From Chthonomonadales bacterium (GTDB lineage Bacteria; Armatimonadota; Chthonomonadetes; Chthonomonadales; Chthonomonadaceae): 64,000 nt of DNA. Made by a program: the position numbers and the translations under genes. Shown here one piece after another: positions 1 through 9,474 of this stretch (its first letter is position 1; every line of letters starts with the position of its first letter). The stretch covers positions 22,264 through 86,263 of the forward strand of contig JBBQPO010000001.1 in the NCBI GenBank assembly GCA_038217285.1. Direction: 5' to 3'. The notes under the pieces were generated by a model, which made no database searches, was not told the origin of the DNA, and worked only from the letters and a program-made list of their open reading frames with translations.

Positions 1-436
1 CCTGATAGCCGGGGACATCGTCGAAGTTGACAGGGTGTATGCGGGCACAGACGCCGCTGTTGTAGCCGATCATCTTGACATCGATATGCATCTCGAAATC
101 ACGGTAATCTTTGGCGGAGAACATATAGTGGTGATGCGGCGTGCTGCCGCCCTTGTCACCGACGATCGCGCCGTCCTTGACCTGCCAGTACTCCTTTTCG
201 AAGAGCCATCCGTTCAGAGTCTTCCCATCGAACAGCGAAACCCAGCCTTTGGTGACGGGCTTACCGCTGACCGTCATGCCTTCCGCGCTGTCGCCCCACT
301 GCACGGCGTTTTTCCGCATCTTAACGTTTGGCTTGTGCGCCTTCACGACGGTATCTTGCGCATGGGAGACCGCCCATGTTCCGGCGACCGCCAGCAGGCC
401 GACGCTCAGCCCGAGCAGTCTCAAATTTGTTTGCAT
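1..436 (-). CDS. DUF1080 (3-keto-disaccharide hydrolase family) secreted protein, runs off the window edge
   Basis: Manual minus-strand translation from ATG at 436 (AGGAG RBS upstream): MQTNLRLLGLSVGLLAVAG...GWVSLFDGKTLNGW...WQVKDGAIVG...YRDFEMHIDVKM..NSGV, typical DUF1080 motifs. Not in the ORF track because it is truncated. Confidence 0.8.
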   Translation of the reverse strand, partial: MQTNLRLLGLSVGLLAVAGTWAVSHAQDTVVKAHKPNVKMRKNAVQWGDSAEGMTVSGKPVTKGWVSLFDGKTLNGWLFEKEYWQVKDGAIVGDKGGSTPHHHYMFSAKDYRDFEMHIDVKMIGYNSGVCARIHPVNFDDVPGYQ

Positions 437-575
437 CTTCGAAGCTCCTATGTTCGTGGGAGTTGGGAGGGGCGCGTCAATGATCCCGGGACGACGTTCG
501 CGGCAGGCCACAGCGCCCTCTCTACATCGGTTCCTCACGGTGACGTTTCCCTGCTGTCTGTCGGGAAAGACGGCT

Positions 576-2849
576 CTATGTTTCGGCGGATGTGGTTAGT
601 TTCGCCTCCTTCAGGGCAGAATCCTCCGTATCAACGAGAGCTGCGTAGAGGGGGCAGGCGCAGGAGACGGCGAAGAGGCCCGCCGCTGTCACGACGCCGG
701 AGTCTTTGAATAGCAGCGCGGCGATGATCGTGGCGAGGGTGACTTTGAGCCCCCGCGTCGACCAGGGCCGACGTACCAGGGCCTGACGCAGAGGAGCGCC
801 GATGAGTGCATGGCCCAGGCCAAGCGGCAGCAACGCGAGGGCGGCAAGCACCCAGAACGGCGGCGAGATCAGCAGCCGCAGGTTCATGCCGACCTTGCGT
901 ACGATGATCTCCGCGAGATAGCCGGGGCCGCGTCCACCCGCCGAGGCCTGGATCGCCGCCCCGAAGTGCGAGCTTGCGCCGCCGCTACGCGCGGCGTCCA
1001 GTACGCCGAAACCGAAGGCCAACGCGAGCCCAAAGCCGACGCAGAGCGCCGCGAGCCCGAACGTGACCCGACGCCCACATAGCAGCGCCAGCCCTACGCC
1101 GAACCCCGCGCCGGTGCAGGCCAGACTGCCCGCGTTCGCGCCCCAGCCGGGCCAGCCGAGCGCCACCATCATACCCAGCCAGCCTACGCCGATCAGCAGG
1201 CGCAGTTTCCGCCCGGTCGCGTCCGGCGGAAACTTCAGACGGCGGTCGTCGAGCAGTGCGAACATGCCGCTCAGCGCCGAGGCCAGCAGCGGCCCCAGAT
1301 ACTCGTTGCCGATCCCATAGTAGCGCAGTCCGGAGATCGCGTCACTGCAGAGCGGAGAGTCCTTCTGCAGCGGCTGGCCCAGGCCGATGTCCACCATGAG
1401 CACGGCGATCAGGAGAAGTGACGCCCCGACAGGCGGCGACACGCGCAGTACGCGGGAGATCAGGTAACTGCCGACGGTCAGCGCGCCCATCCAGGCCGCG
1501 ATGCGCAGGGCGTACTCCTCGGCCGTCGGTGGGATCAGAATCGGCGCGAGCAGGGTGGCGGCGGTCAGGCTCTGCAGGGTGACGATGGCCCAGGCGAGGC
1601 GTCGGGCAGACTGCGGCCCCTGCGTTCGCCGCAAGACCATGCCGACAACGATCAGCAGCAGGCAGAGGAGCGTCAGCGGCGCGAGGCCCCAGGTCTTGAC
1701 CGCTTCGTTCAGCGCCGAGACGAACTCCTTGCGCGCCACCGTCGCCAGGCGCTCCTCGGCGGTACGCTCTGTCGCCGTCACCTGGAGTGGCCGTCCGACC
1801 ATGGTGCTCGGAATCGGGGCGTGGAGGAGACGCAGTACGGTCGGGGCGATATCGACATTGGCGATCAGGCCGGCGGTGCGCGTCGTGGCGGAGGTGAGCA
1901 GCCCGGCACCAAAATTCGGCCCGGTGGCGATCACCGGCGTCAGGCGCGTCCAGGGCACAGGGTAGCGATGCGGTTCGGCGGGTGGGTAAGACGAGACGAG
2001 GAGCAGATCGGTGTGGGAATGCGCGCGCATCCAGGGCAGGAGCAGCGACAGCATCAGATCCAGGCGCTGGAGGGCGTCGTGTCGTGCCTGCCGATAGGCC
2101 AATGGCGAGAGCCGGGGCCGGGCCGCTTCTGCCCGCGTCAGATCCCCCAACTGCAGCACGACCAGCCCGGCGTCCGATTCGGTGAGGGACTGCAGCAGCA
2201 GCAGCGGATCGTCCACGATGCCGAACGGACTGCCCGGATGTTCGCGTCTGCTCCCTACTCTGCCCGCGCCGATCCCGACGGCATCAACCGTCAGCAGGGC
2301 CGCACGACGGTCAGGCGTATCGGTGTCGGCGTTTCCGTAAACCTCAGCGCGCACGGGCGGAATGGCCTGCGGCAGAGCCGCGCCCAGCCGCTCGGCCGCC
2401 AGCCCGCGCCGCTCCAGCCCCGCCATACCAAGATGCCAGACAGGGTTAGGCGGCAGGGCTTTGCCGGTCGGCAGGTCTCCCATGCGGCGCACATAGACCG
2501 CGCGCGCGGTGCCGTGTTCGCCCAGAACCATCTCGTTGTCATCGCCTGCCTGCGCGTCGGTCGGTTCGCTCCGGGCCTGCTCCCCGGTCGCCAGGGTCAA
2601 GGTGGCGGAGAGAGACGAGCGCGGTCCGGGCACGACATCATTCATCACTCCGATAGCGCCTAGTCCTGCCCAGGCCCGCAGCCCTGCGCCGTCCACGCCC
2701 TGCAGATCGTCCATCGTCAGCCCGTCGCAGAGTACCAACACGACCCTCGGTCGCTCCTGTGCAGGAGCGACCAAGGGCCAGACGAGCAGAGCCAGGAATA
2801 GCACAATGCGAAAGGCTCCGAGCGCCAGGAAGCAGGCGATGGAATGCAT
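576..2849 (-). CDS. Membrane protein: N-terminal alkaline-phosphatase/phosphoglyceromutase-like domain plus multi-TM C-terminal domain
   Basis: Signal-like N-terminus, VVLVLCDG and GLIANVDIAPTVL (AlkP-fold-like), then many TM helices with RYYGIGNEY. Start placed at MHSIAC (2849). The ORF stays open to 3332 through a repeat region. Confidence 0.65.
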   Translation of the reverse strand: MHSIACFLALGAFRIVLFLALLVWPLVAPAQERPRVVLVLCDGLTMDDLQGVDGAGLRAWAGLGAIGVMNDVVPGPRSSLSATLTLATGEQARSEPTDAQAGDDNEMVLGEHGTARAVYVRRMGDLPTGKALPPNPVWHLGMAGLERRGLAAERLGAALPQAIPPVRAEVYGNADTDTPDRRAALLTVDAVGIGAGRVGSRREHPGSPFGIVDDPLLLLQSLTESDAGLVVLQLGDLTRAEAARPRLSPLAYRQARHDALQRLDLMLSLLLPWMRAHSHTDLLLVSSYPPAEPHRYPVPWTRLTPVIATGPNFGAGLLTSATTRTAGLIANVDIAPTVLRLLHAPIPSTMVGRPLQVTATERTAEERLATVARKEFVSALNEAVKTWGLAPLTLLCLLLIVVGMVLRRTQGPQSARRLAWAIVTLQSLTAATLLAPILIPPTAEEYALRIAAWMGALTVGSYLISRVLRVSPPVGASLLLIAVLMVDIGLGQPLQKDSPLCSDAISGLRYYGIGNEYLGPLLASALSGMFALLDDRRLKFPPDATGRKLRLLIGVGWLGMMVALGWPGWGANAGSLACTGAGFGVGLALLCGRRVTFGLAALCVGFGLALAFGFGVLDAARSGGASSHFGAAIQASAGGRGPGYLAEIIVRKVGMNLRLLISPPFWVLAALALLPLGLGHALIGAPLRQALVRRPWSTRGLKVTLATIIAALLFKDSGVVTAAGLFAVSCACPLYAALVDTEDSALKEAKLTTSAET

Positions 2850-2877
2850 TGTTGAGCACGTGACGGACAGGCGTGAG

Positions 2878-3027
2878 CGACAGCAGGCAAGCGATGGAAT
2901 GAATTCCGTTCGCATGTGACCCGCCCGACGGAATCGACAGCAGGCGAGCGATGGAATGAATTCCGTTCGCATGCGACCCGTCCGACGGAAGCGACAGCAG
3001 GCGAGCGATGGAATGAATTCCTTCGCT
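2878..3027. repeat. Tandem 57-bp repeat, about 2.6 copies, with palindromic core AGCGATGGAATGAATTCC(G/T)TTCGC
   Basis: Units begin CGACAGCAGGC at 2878, 2935 and 2992 and are near-identical. Confidence 0.9.
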
Positions 3028-3050
3028 AGGAGCCTTCGGCTGAGTGACCG

Positions 3051-3274
3051 CCTTCGCGGGCACAAAGCACTGACTGCAACCCTGTCTCTCGTCCGTGAGG
3101 ACGATCCGGCGGAGCCGTGTAGCGAGGGGTGATAACCCCTTGACCGCCCCAAGACGCTGGTGTCGCCTCGTCCGACGGGCTTCCTGCCGAACCCGCGTAG
3201 CGAGGGGTAACACCCCCTGGCTGCCGAACACGCGTGGCGAGGGGGAACACCCCTTGGCCTTCGCGGGCACAAAG
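3051..3274. repeat. Cluster of REP-like GTAG palindromes bracketed by two CCTTCGCGGGCACAAAG copies
   Basis: GTAGCGAGGGGTGATAACCCCT (3119), GTAGCGAGGGGTAACACCCCCT (3197), GTGGCGAGGGGGAACACCCCT (3234). The 17-mer occurs at 3051 and 3258. Confidence 0.75.
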
Positions 3275-3344
3275 ACGTTGCATTTCGAAAAAGCAATGGC
3301 TCTGGAACCGATAGGCCGATCTCTCTCTTCATGGGTGGCGCGCT

Positions 3345-6062
3345 CTACTTGACGCCAGCGGCGCGCTGGGCGCGGATCAGGCCGGGTACGGCGGTGAGGG
3401 CCTCGGTGAGTTTGCCGGGATCGCGTCCACCCGCCTGCGCAAAGTCGGCGCGCCCGCCTCCACCCCCGCCCGTCATCTTCGCGACCTCGCGCACCAGATT
3501 GCCCGCATGCAGGCCCTGGGCGATCAGGTCGGGCGTCACCTTGGCGGCGAACGAGACCTTGCCGGCGTTGACCGTGCCGAGCACGATGACCGCCGAATGG
3601 AGTTTCTGCGCCGTGCTGTCGGCGAGATTGGCGAGCATCTCGGGGTCGGCGTTGTCGAGCTGCTGAACGACGACCGCGATGCCGTCCAGGTTTTGTGGCG
3701 TCAGATCTGCCTCATGGGCCGAGCCGCCGCCCGCCCGAAGCTGCCGGTTCTGTTTCTCCAGCTCCTGGCGCTGCGCCAGCAGGCGCTCCGTCGCGGTGAG
3801 GACATCGTTGATGTTCGCTTTGAGCAGCCCGGCGAGTTGCGCCAGCGTCTCTTCTTGTCGCTGCACGAACTCATACGCGCCCACGCCGGTCACGGCCTCG
3901 ATACGCCGTACCCCCGACGCCACGCCCGACTCCGAGACGATCTTGAACAGACCGACCTGGGAGGTGCGCGCCAGATGGATGCCTCCACACAGTTCCAAAC
4001 TGAAGCCAGGGATCTCGACCATCCGCACAGAGTCGCCGTACTTCTCGCCGAAGAGGGCCATCGCCCCACGAGCACGCGCCTCTGCAATCGGGATGTCGGT
4101 AAAGATCGTCACTTCGGCGTCGTCCAGCACGTGCGCGTTGACCATCTCCTCGACGCGGCGAAGCTCGGCAGCGGTCATCGGCTGGGTGTGGGTGAAGTCG
4201 AAGCGCAGACGCTCGGGCGCGACGAGCGAGCCTTTCTGATGCACATGGCCGCCCAGCGTCTGCCGGAGCGCAGCCTGGAGCAGGTGCGTCGCGGTATGGT
4301 TGCGCACGATGTGCCGCCGACGGGTGGCGTCCACGGTCGCGGTGACGGTCTGCCCGACGGTCGCCTCGCCTTCCAGCACCTTACCGGTATGGAAGAAGAC
4401 GCCGCCGGTCTTTTTGGTGTCGGTGACCTCGATCTTCAGGGTGCAGGTGGTGTCGCCGCCGGGAGCAGTGAGAAGGCCGGTGTCGCCGACCTGTCCGCCC
4501 GACTCCGCGTAGAAGGGGGTCCGGTCGAGGGCCACGGTGATGGTTTCGCCCGCCCGCGCGAAGCTGACCTGCTCGCCGCCGCTCAGCAGCGCGACGATCT
4601 TGCTCTCCGCCGTGGTCTGGCTGTAGCCGAGGAACTGCGTCGGCGCGTCGAGGGTCAACGGTGTGCCGCCAGAGGTGACGAAGACCTCTTTCTCGCCGCC
4701 CGCCGCACGGGAGCGTTCCCGCTGCTCGGTCATGGCGGCTTCGAAGCCCGCCATGTCGAGAGCAAACCCGTGCTCCTGCGCTATCTCTTCCGTCAGGCGC
4801 AGGGGAAAACCGAAGGTGTCGTAGAGGGAGAAGATCTCGCGGCCAGGCAGGATCTTCGACGCCTGCAGCGCGGGGTTCGACAGCATCTCTTCCAGACGGC
4901 TCATGCCGTTGTCGAGGGTCTTGCGGAAGCCCTCTTCCTCGCGCTGGATCGTCTTGAGGATCAGTTCGCGACGCTCGTGGAGATCGGGATAGAAGTCGCC
5001 CATCTGCGCGATGATCTTCGGCGCGACCTCGTGCAGGAACGGCGCGTCGAAGCCCAGTACCGACTTGCCGTAGCGAATGGCGCGGCGCATGATGTAGCGC
5101 AGCACGTAGCCGCGACCTTCGTTGGACGGCAGGATGCCATCGGCGATACAGAAGGTCATCGAGCGCGTATGCTCCGCCACCACCCGGAACGCGAAATCGA
5201 CAGGATCCATCGTGCCGCCATAGGGCTTGCCGGAGAGGGTCGCGATCTGCTCCAGCGTCGGGCCGAACAGGTCGGTTTCGAAGACGCTGCTCTTCTGCTG
5301 GGAGACCAGCGCGATCCGGTCGAGGCCAGCGCCGGTGTCGTTGTTCTTCTTCGGCAGGGGGGTCAGCAGGGGCGCACCGCTCGGCTCCTCGCTGCGGTCG
5401 AACTGGGTGAAAACGTTGTTCCAGACCTCGAGCCAGCGGCCCGCGCTGTCATCGACGAGGTAGCGCTCGGTGGGAGTCAGCGCGGGATCGGATGTCATCT
5501 CCTCCAGCGGCGCGACGCGATAGAAGACTTCGGAGCAGGGCCCGCACGGCCCGTTCGGCCCCTCGATGATGGCGTTGGCGGGCCAGAAATTCTTGTCCGC
5601 ACCCAGCCGATGGATGCGATCCTCGGGCAGCCCAATGACTTCGTTCCAAATCTTAAACGCCTCGTCGTCCTCGACATAGACCGTGACGCAGAACCGGTCC
5701 TTGTCCAGCCCGACCACCTCCGTCAAAAACTCCCAGGTCCACGGGATTACTTCCGCCTTGAAGTAGTCGCCGAAGCTGAAGTTGCCAAGCATCTCGAAGA
5801 GCGTGCAGTGTGAGTAGTCACCGACGCTGTCGATATCGTTCGTGCGCAGGCACTTCTGCACCGTCACAACACGGGACTGCGGCGGCGTGGCGGCTCCCGT
5901 GAAGAAGGGCTTGAACTGCTGCATGCCCGCACTGGTAAAGAGGGTCGAGGTATCGGGGTTGCCGAGCGCATCCACCGGGGTCAACGGCGCGCCCGGCAGA
6001 GGCAGATGTCCCCTGCTCTGAAAAAACTCGATATACTTCTGGCGTATCTCATGCGCTAACAT
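3345..6062 (-). CDS. alaS: Alanine--tRNA ligase
   Basis: TLFTSAGMQQFKP, FEMLGNFSFGDYFK, NHTATHLL editing motif, ELCGG, GGGGGRADFAQAGG. Start MLAHEIRQKY. Confidence 0.98.
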   Translation of the reverse strand: MLAHEIRQKYIEFFQSRGHLPLPGAPLTPVDALGNPDTSTLFTSAGMQQFKPFFTGAATPPQSRVVTVQKCLRTNDIDSVGDYSHCTLFEMLGNFSFGDYFKAEVIPWTWEFLTEVVGLDKDRFCVTVYVEDDEAFKIWNEVIGLPEDRIHRLGADKNFWPANAIIEGPNGPCGPCSEVFYRVAPLEEMTSDPALTPTERYLVDDSAGRWLEVWNNVFTQFDRSEEPSGAPLLTPLPKKNNDTGAGLDRIALVSQQKSSVFETDLFGPTLEQIATLSGKPYGGTMDPVDFAFRVVAEHTRSMTFCIADGILPSNEGRGYVLRYIMRRAIRYGKSVLGFDAPFLHEVAPKIIAQMGDFYPDLHERRELILKTIQREEEGFRKTLDNGMSRLEEMLSNPALQASKILPGREIFSLYDTFGFPLRLTEEIAQEHGFALDMAGFEAAMTEQRERSRAAGGEKEVFVTSGGTPLTLDAPTQFLGYSQTTAESKIVALLSGGEQVSFARAGETITVALDRTPFYAESGGQVGDTGLLTAPGGDTTCTLKIEVTDTKKTGGVFFHTGKVLEGEATVGQTVTATVDATRRRHIVRNHTATHLLQAALRQTLGGHVHQKGSLVAPERLRFDFTHTQPMTAAELRRVEEMVNAHVLDDAEVTIFTDIPIAEARARGAMALFGEKYGDSVRMVEIPGFSLELCGGIHLARTSQVGLFKIVSESGVASGVRRIEAVTGVGAYEFVQRQEETLAQLAGLLKANINDVLTATERLLAQRQELEKQNRQLRAGGGSAHEADLTPQNLDGIAVVVQQLDNADPEMLANLADSTAQKLHSAVIVLGTVNAGKVSFAAKVTPDLIAQGLHAGNLVREVAKMTGGGGGGRADFAQAGGRDPGKLTEALTAVPGLIRAQRAAGVK

Positions 6063-6297
6063 GGTGTCTGGTTGCTCCGATAAGGTGATCTGTTGCCGTA
6101 TAAGACAGAGGCGAGGCCAGTATAGTATACACGACAACGTCAAATCGAAGACAGCGCCGGTTTCAGGCCAAGGGCTGTTTGAGCTTCTTTTGGAAGAACC
6201 AACCTGCCGTTCGGCTCAACCGTCGCGTGATACTGTAATGTTGCCATGCTTTATGCCTCTTGTAGTTAAACTGCACCCTCTCTGTTCACGACATCAT

Positions 6298-9200
6298 TTA
6301 TACACCGGATGCGATGACGCTGTGGAGCATTGTAGAAATGTATGACGTTTTGTCTTCGACCTGGAAGAGAACGTTGCGACTTGCAAACTCCGCTTTCTCA
6401 TCGGCGGCCCACCAGCCGACTGACTTGAATGGAGTTGTCGAGACGATGAAGGAGTTCAGGACGACACTGGGGTCGCCCAGACGTGCCTCCAGCTCTTTGA
6501 TGGTCTTGTAGAAGGCGATCTTCGGATCGTTTAGCCCGGCAAGATTGCGAATTCCTTTGGGGTCGATGAAGGTCACGAACTGTCGGTCGCCTTCGACAAG
6601 CCAGAGGATAAAGTCGGGATAGAAGTTGCCCGCCTCGAAGAAGCCGATGCCTCGGCCACGGCTCATATTGCGGAGAAGGTAGAGTTCGCGCCCCTGGAAG
6701 AACTCGCTATGGCTCTCATAGAACTTACGAAGGTCTTCGACGAAGTCGCGCTCGCCGACATTCAGTGGAACCGGCGTGATCTCCAGCAGTTTGTTCTTGA
6801 GATGCAGCAACGGTCTGTAGAGATGTCGGGAGAACCCGAGCGCCACAAGCGAATCGAAACTCCAGCCATCCTCGCGGAGTTGTCCGGAGGTAACCAGTGA
6901 TTTCAGTTCCGTCAGTTTGGCGACGACCTCCTCCCGTTCCTGGTCTACCCAGATTCGGTACTGCTGGATGAAGTTCGGGTCGTCGGGAGCAATCTCTCGG
7001 TACTGCGTATGGGGCCGTTCGAACTCCGCTTTGCGGTAGAGATAGAGCCTTTCCACGTATTTCTTGAGCAGGGCGACAGCGATCTCCTGCCAGCGACGCA
7101 CCTTACCGAAATCGGTAAAATCCAGTTCCGCTGCCGGAATGTAGAGCGTATACCAGTCGTCGCGTTGGAGTATCTCAGAGACAGCCTCTCGGGAGAGGTT
7201 CAGGTTATACCAGGAACGCTCCGCCTTGTAGTTCTGCAGCGCAAACCAGATTTCGTCCCAATTGAAGAACGCCGTATGGAGAGGCGTCAACTTGTGCGTC
7301 TCCAGAGCGCTCTCATCCGCTGGACGGCCTGTTCCCTTGCTCTGTTGCGCTTGAATCCTGGGATACCAGTTCAATGAAACCGGCGGCAATCCTCCGGCTG
7401 GGGGCTCCAGATTCGGTTTCGTTCCCTGCCGCTTAAAATCAACATCCTTCGGAACGTCCAGCACTTTTAATCTCCTTGATCCAAGGTTGTTGATGACCGG
7501 AAGTTCGAAAACGTCTTCTGAATCGCCAGGGGGAACACCCTCCTCTTCAAGCATCTCCTTAAACTGGGTCATGTAGTCGGCACGAACGCCGAACACATTC
7601 AGGGTTTCCAGGAAACGAAGGGACTTCGGCGGTTTGGGATTCAGTTCTAGCATGGACGAGCGTTTCAAGCTCATCTCATGCCCCTTCAGGCGCACGCCAC
7701 GCCCGAAAAGCTGAATGATCTGCGATCCTTCCGAGCGCCCGATGTTCATCAGTCCCATCGTCGAGACCCGCCAACTGTTCCAGCCTTCTGTAAACTTACG
7801 AGAACCGATGAGGATGTTGACCCTGGAATCTTTATCGTTGAGGCGTGCGAAGACCGAACCGCTAAACTGCTTCTCCCCGGTTATTAGCCCGGCCGCTTCG
7901 CAAAGCGCGTGTAGCCTCGGAGCGTCGCCGACGTTGATGACGCCAAAAGCCTCATTGTCGCCCAGACGCAGAGTCAACTCGCCGTTCGAGCCTTTGAGCA
8001 GATCCACATGGAGAGCGGCCTGGAAGGGAGCATTGCATACCAGATCCAGGATACCTTCGTAGGCTTGCTGACCGGTCATCCCCGACGTGTTCAAGTAATC
8101 GAAGGCGCCGGAGCCAAAAACGGAGCGGCCCTTCTGATCTCGCAAAGAGCCATCGTAGTTCAGGAGCCTCTGCAAGCGAACAACCGATTTCGCGCCTGCA
8201 TTCGCAATGAACTCTTTGAAGAAGAGCAGCACCGTGGTGACGTCCGAGACTTCGCGTTTGTCCTCTGTGCGAACGGCATTCACGCTGCCGCCGACGAAGA
8301 TGGCGAGAGGCTTTTCCAGCAGGAACTTCGCAAATTCGGCACCCTTATCTTTGTATAAGCGGATCTGCTGATAGAAGGAGAGCAGGCAGGCGGTCAGGTA
8401 GAGATTCCGTATCTCGGCATCCTGGTCCTCTACGAGGTTCAGGATGCGATACTCTTTCCCGTAGCCGTCGCGATAGAAATACTTGTAGGAGTAGTCGAAC
8501 AAGATACACCGCGCATACTCCTGCTCTAGTTTCCGTTGCGTGGCTCCGGCAGCGGCACGGACGACCTGGCCGAAAGTCGCAGAGTATTCAAAGGAAAAGC
8601 CCTGCTCGGCGAGCCTGTCACGCATCGACTTCCAGACTTCGCCGCTTGCACCGCGATGGCCTTCGTCTACCAGCACCAGGTTGTTACCTTCGAAGGCTTC
8701 GATAGCGACCGCCTTATCGCCCATCTCTTCCTTGAGTTTGGTGATCTCGATGACCTCGACAGCCTTGCCGGAGAAGAGCGATGCGCCGTCCTTCCGGAAG
8801 ATGTCGGCTTCGATACCGGACTTCGCGAACTCCTCCAGGTGCTGCCGTGACAGCCCTTCGTTCGGCGTCAACAGGATGATTCGGTTCAGGTCGCGCCCGC
8901 GCCCATGAGAGTTCAGATAGTGCTTGTACTGGAGGATATTGACGTGCATGAGCAGCGTTTTGCCGGAACCGGTGGCGCTCCAAAACGCGATTTTCCGCAG
9001 GTCTTCCAGTTTGTAAAGCTCAATGCCCGCAGCGTTGTCTCGATTGAACTCCCTGGAGAATGTATTCAAGTCAGCCAGCAAGCCGTTGAGATCCCGGAAA
9101 TAGCGGTCGAGATAGATCTCGGCAAAAAGCAGGCTGAGATACTGGAAATACTTCCACTGCATCGGCTCGGGGCGACTTGCACTGATCGTCTGCGTATGCC

Positions 9201-9474
9201 GGACGATATTGTTGTCGTAGCGCAGGAGGTCGTCGTCCCGCAAATTGGCGCGTTCGACCGTCCGGTTGACCAACTGTTTGTGCAGGTGCGAGACGTTATC
9301 AACGTCAAGCCCTTCCAACTCCGGTCGCTTCAACTCCGAGGCAAGGTCTTCAAACCGCTCGACTTCGAAAAGCGACAGCATCCAGCGCACAAGAACCAGC
9401 TTCTGGTCGAAGCGCAAGGCAGGAGCAAGCATCTGCGGTTGCCCCGCATAGACCTGGGTGCGAGCGCGCCGCAT
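6298..9474 (-). CDS. res: Type III restriction endonuclease Res-like subunit (SF2 helicase plus C-terminal PD-(D/E)xK nuclease)
   Basis: SATGSGKT, VDEGHR, YSATF, FTEGWN, QLFGRGVRL, C-terminal YPDFILW...FIDPKG. Confidence 0.88.
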   Translation of the reverse strand: MRRARTQVYAGQPQMLAPALRFDQKLVLVRWMLSLFEVERFEDLASELKRPELEGLDVDNVSHLHKQLVNRTVERANLRDDDLLRYDNNIVRHTQTISASRPEPMQWKYFQYLSLLFAEIYLDRYFRDLNGLLADLNTFSREFNRDNAAGIELYKLEDLRKIAFWSATGSGKTLLMHVNILQYKHYLNSHGRGRDLNRIILLTPNEGLSRQHLEEFAKSGIEADIFRKDGASLFSGKAVEVIEITKLKEEMGDKAVAIEAFEGNNLVLVDEGHRGASGEVWKSMRDRLAEQGFSFEYSATFGQVVRAAAGATQRKLEQEYARCILFDYSYKYFYRDGYGKEYRILNLVEDQDAEIRNLYLTACLLSFYQQIRLYKDKGAEFAKFLLEKPLAIFVGGSVNAVRTEDKREVSDVTTVLLFFKEFIANAGAKSVVRLQRLLNYDGSLRDQKGRSVFGSGAFDYLNTSGMTGQQAYEGILDLVCNAPFQAALHVDLLKGSNGELTLRLGDNEAFGVINVGDAPRLHALCEAAGLITGEKQFSGSVFARLNDKDSRVNILIGSRKFTEGWNSWRVSTMGLMNIGRSEGSQIIQLFGRGVRLKGHEMSLKRSSMLELNPKPPKSLRFLETLNVFGVRADYMTQFKEMLEEEGVPPGDSEDVFELPVINNLGSRRLKVLDVPKDVDFKRQGTKPNLEPPAGGLPPVSLNWYPRIQAQQSKGTGRPADESALETHKLTPLHTAFFNWDEIWFALQNYKAERSWYNLNLSREAVSEILQRDDWYTLYIPAAELDFTDFGKVRRWQEIAVALLKKYVERLYLYRKAEFERPHTQYREIAPDDPNFIQQYRIWVDQEREEVVAKLTELKSLVTSGQLREDGWSFDSLVALGFSRHLYRPLLHLKNKLLEITPVPLNVGERDFVEDLRKFYESHSEFFQGRELYLLRNMSRGRGIGFFEAGNFYPDFILWLVEGDRQFVTFIDPKGIRNLAGLNDPKIAFYKTIKELEARLGDPSVVLNSFIVSTTPFKSVGWWAADEKAEFASRNVLFQVEDKTSYISTMLHSVIASGV

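Noticed and set aside
35-709. Plus-strand ORFs at the window start
   Set aside because: They are antisense to the DUF1080 gene, which has clear motifs and an RBS.
2878-3027. Possible CRISPR array
   Set aside because: The intervening sequences are near-identical rather than unique spacers, there are fewer than three full units, and no cas genes are present. It is a tandem/REP repeat.
3507-5813. Long antisense ORFs (also 27241-29325, 36847-38478, 58348-59799, 61761-63575)
   Set aside because: Shadow ORFs opposite well-supported genes, expected from high-GC codon bias, with no recognisable motifs.
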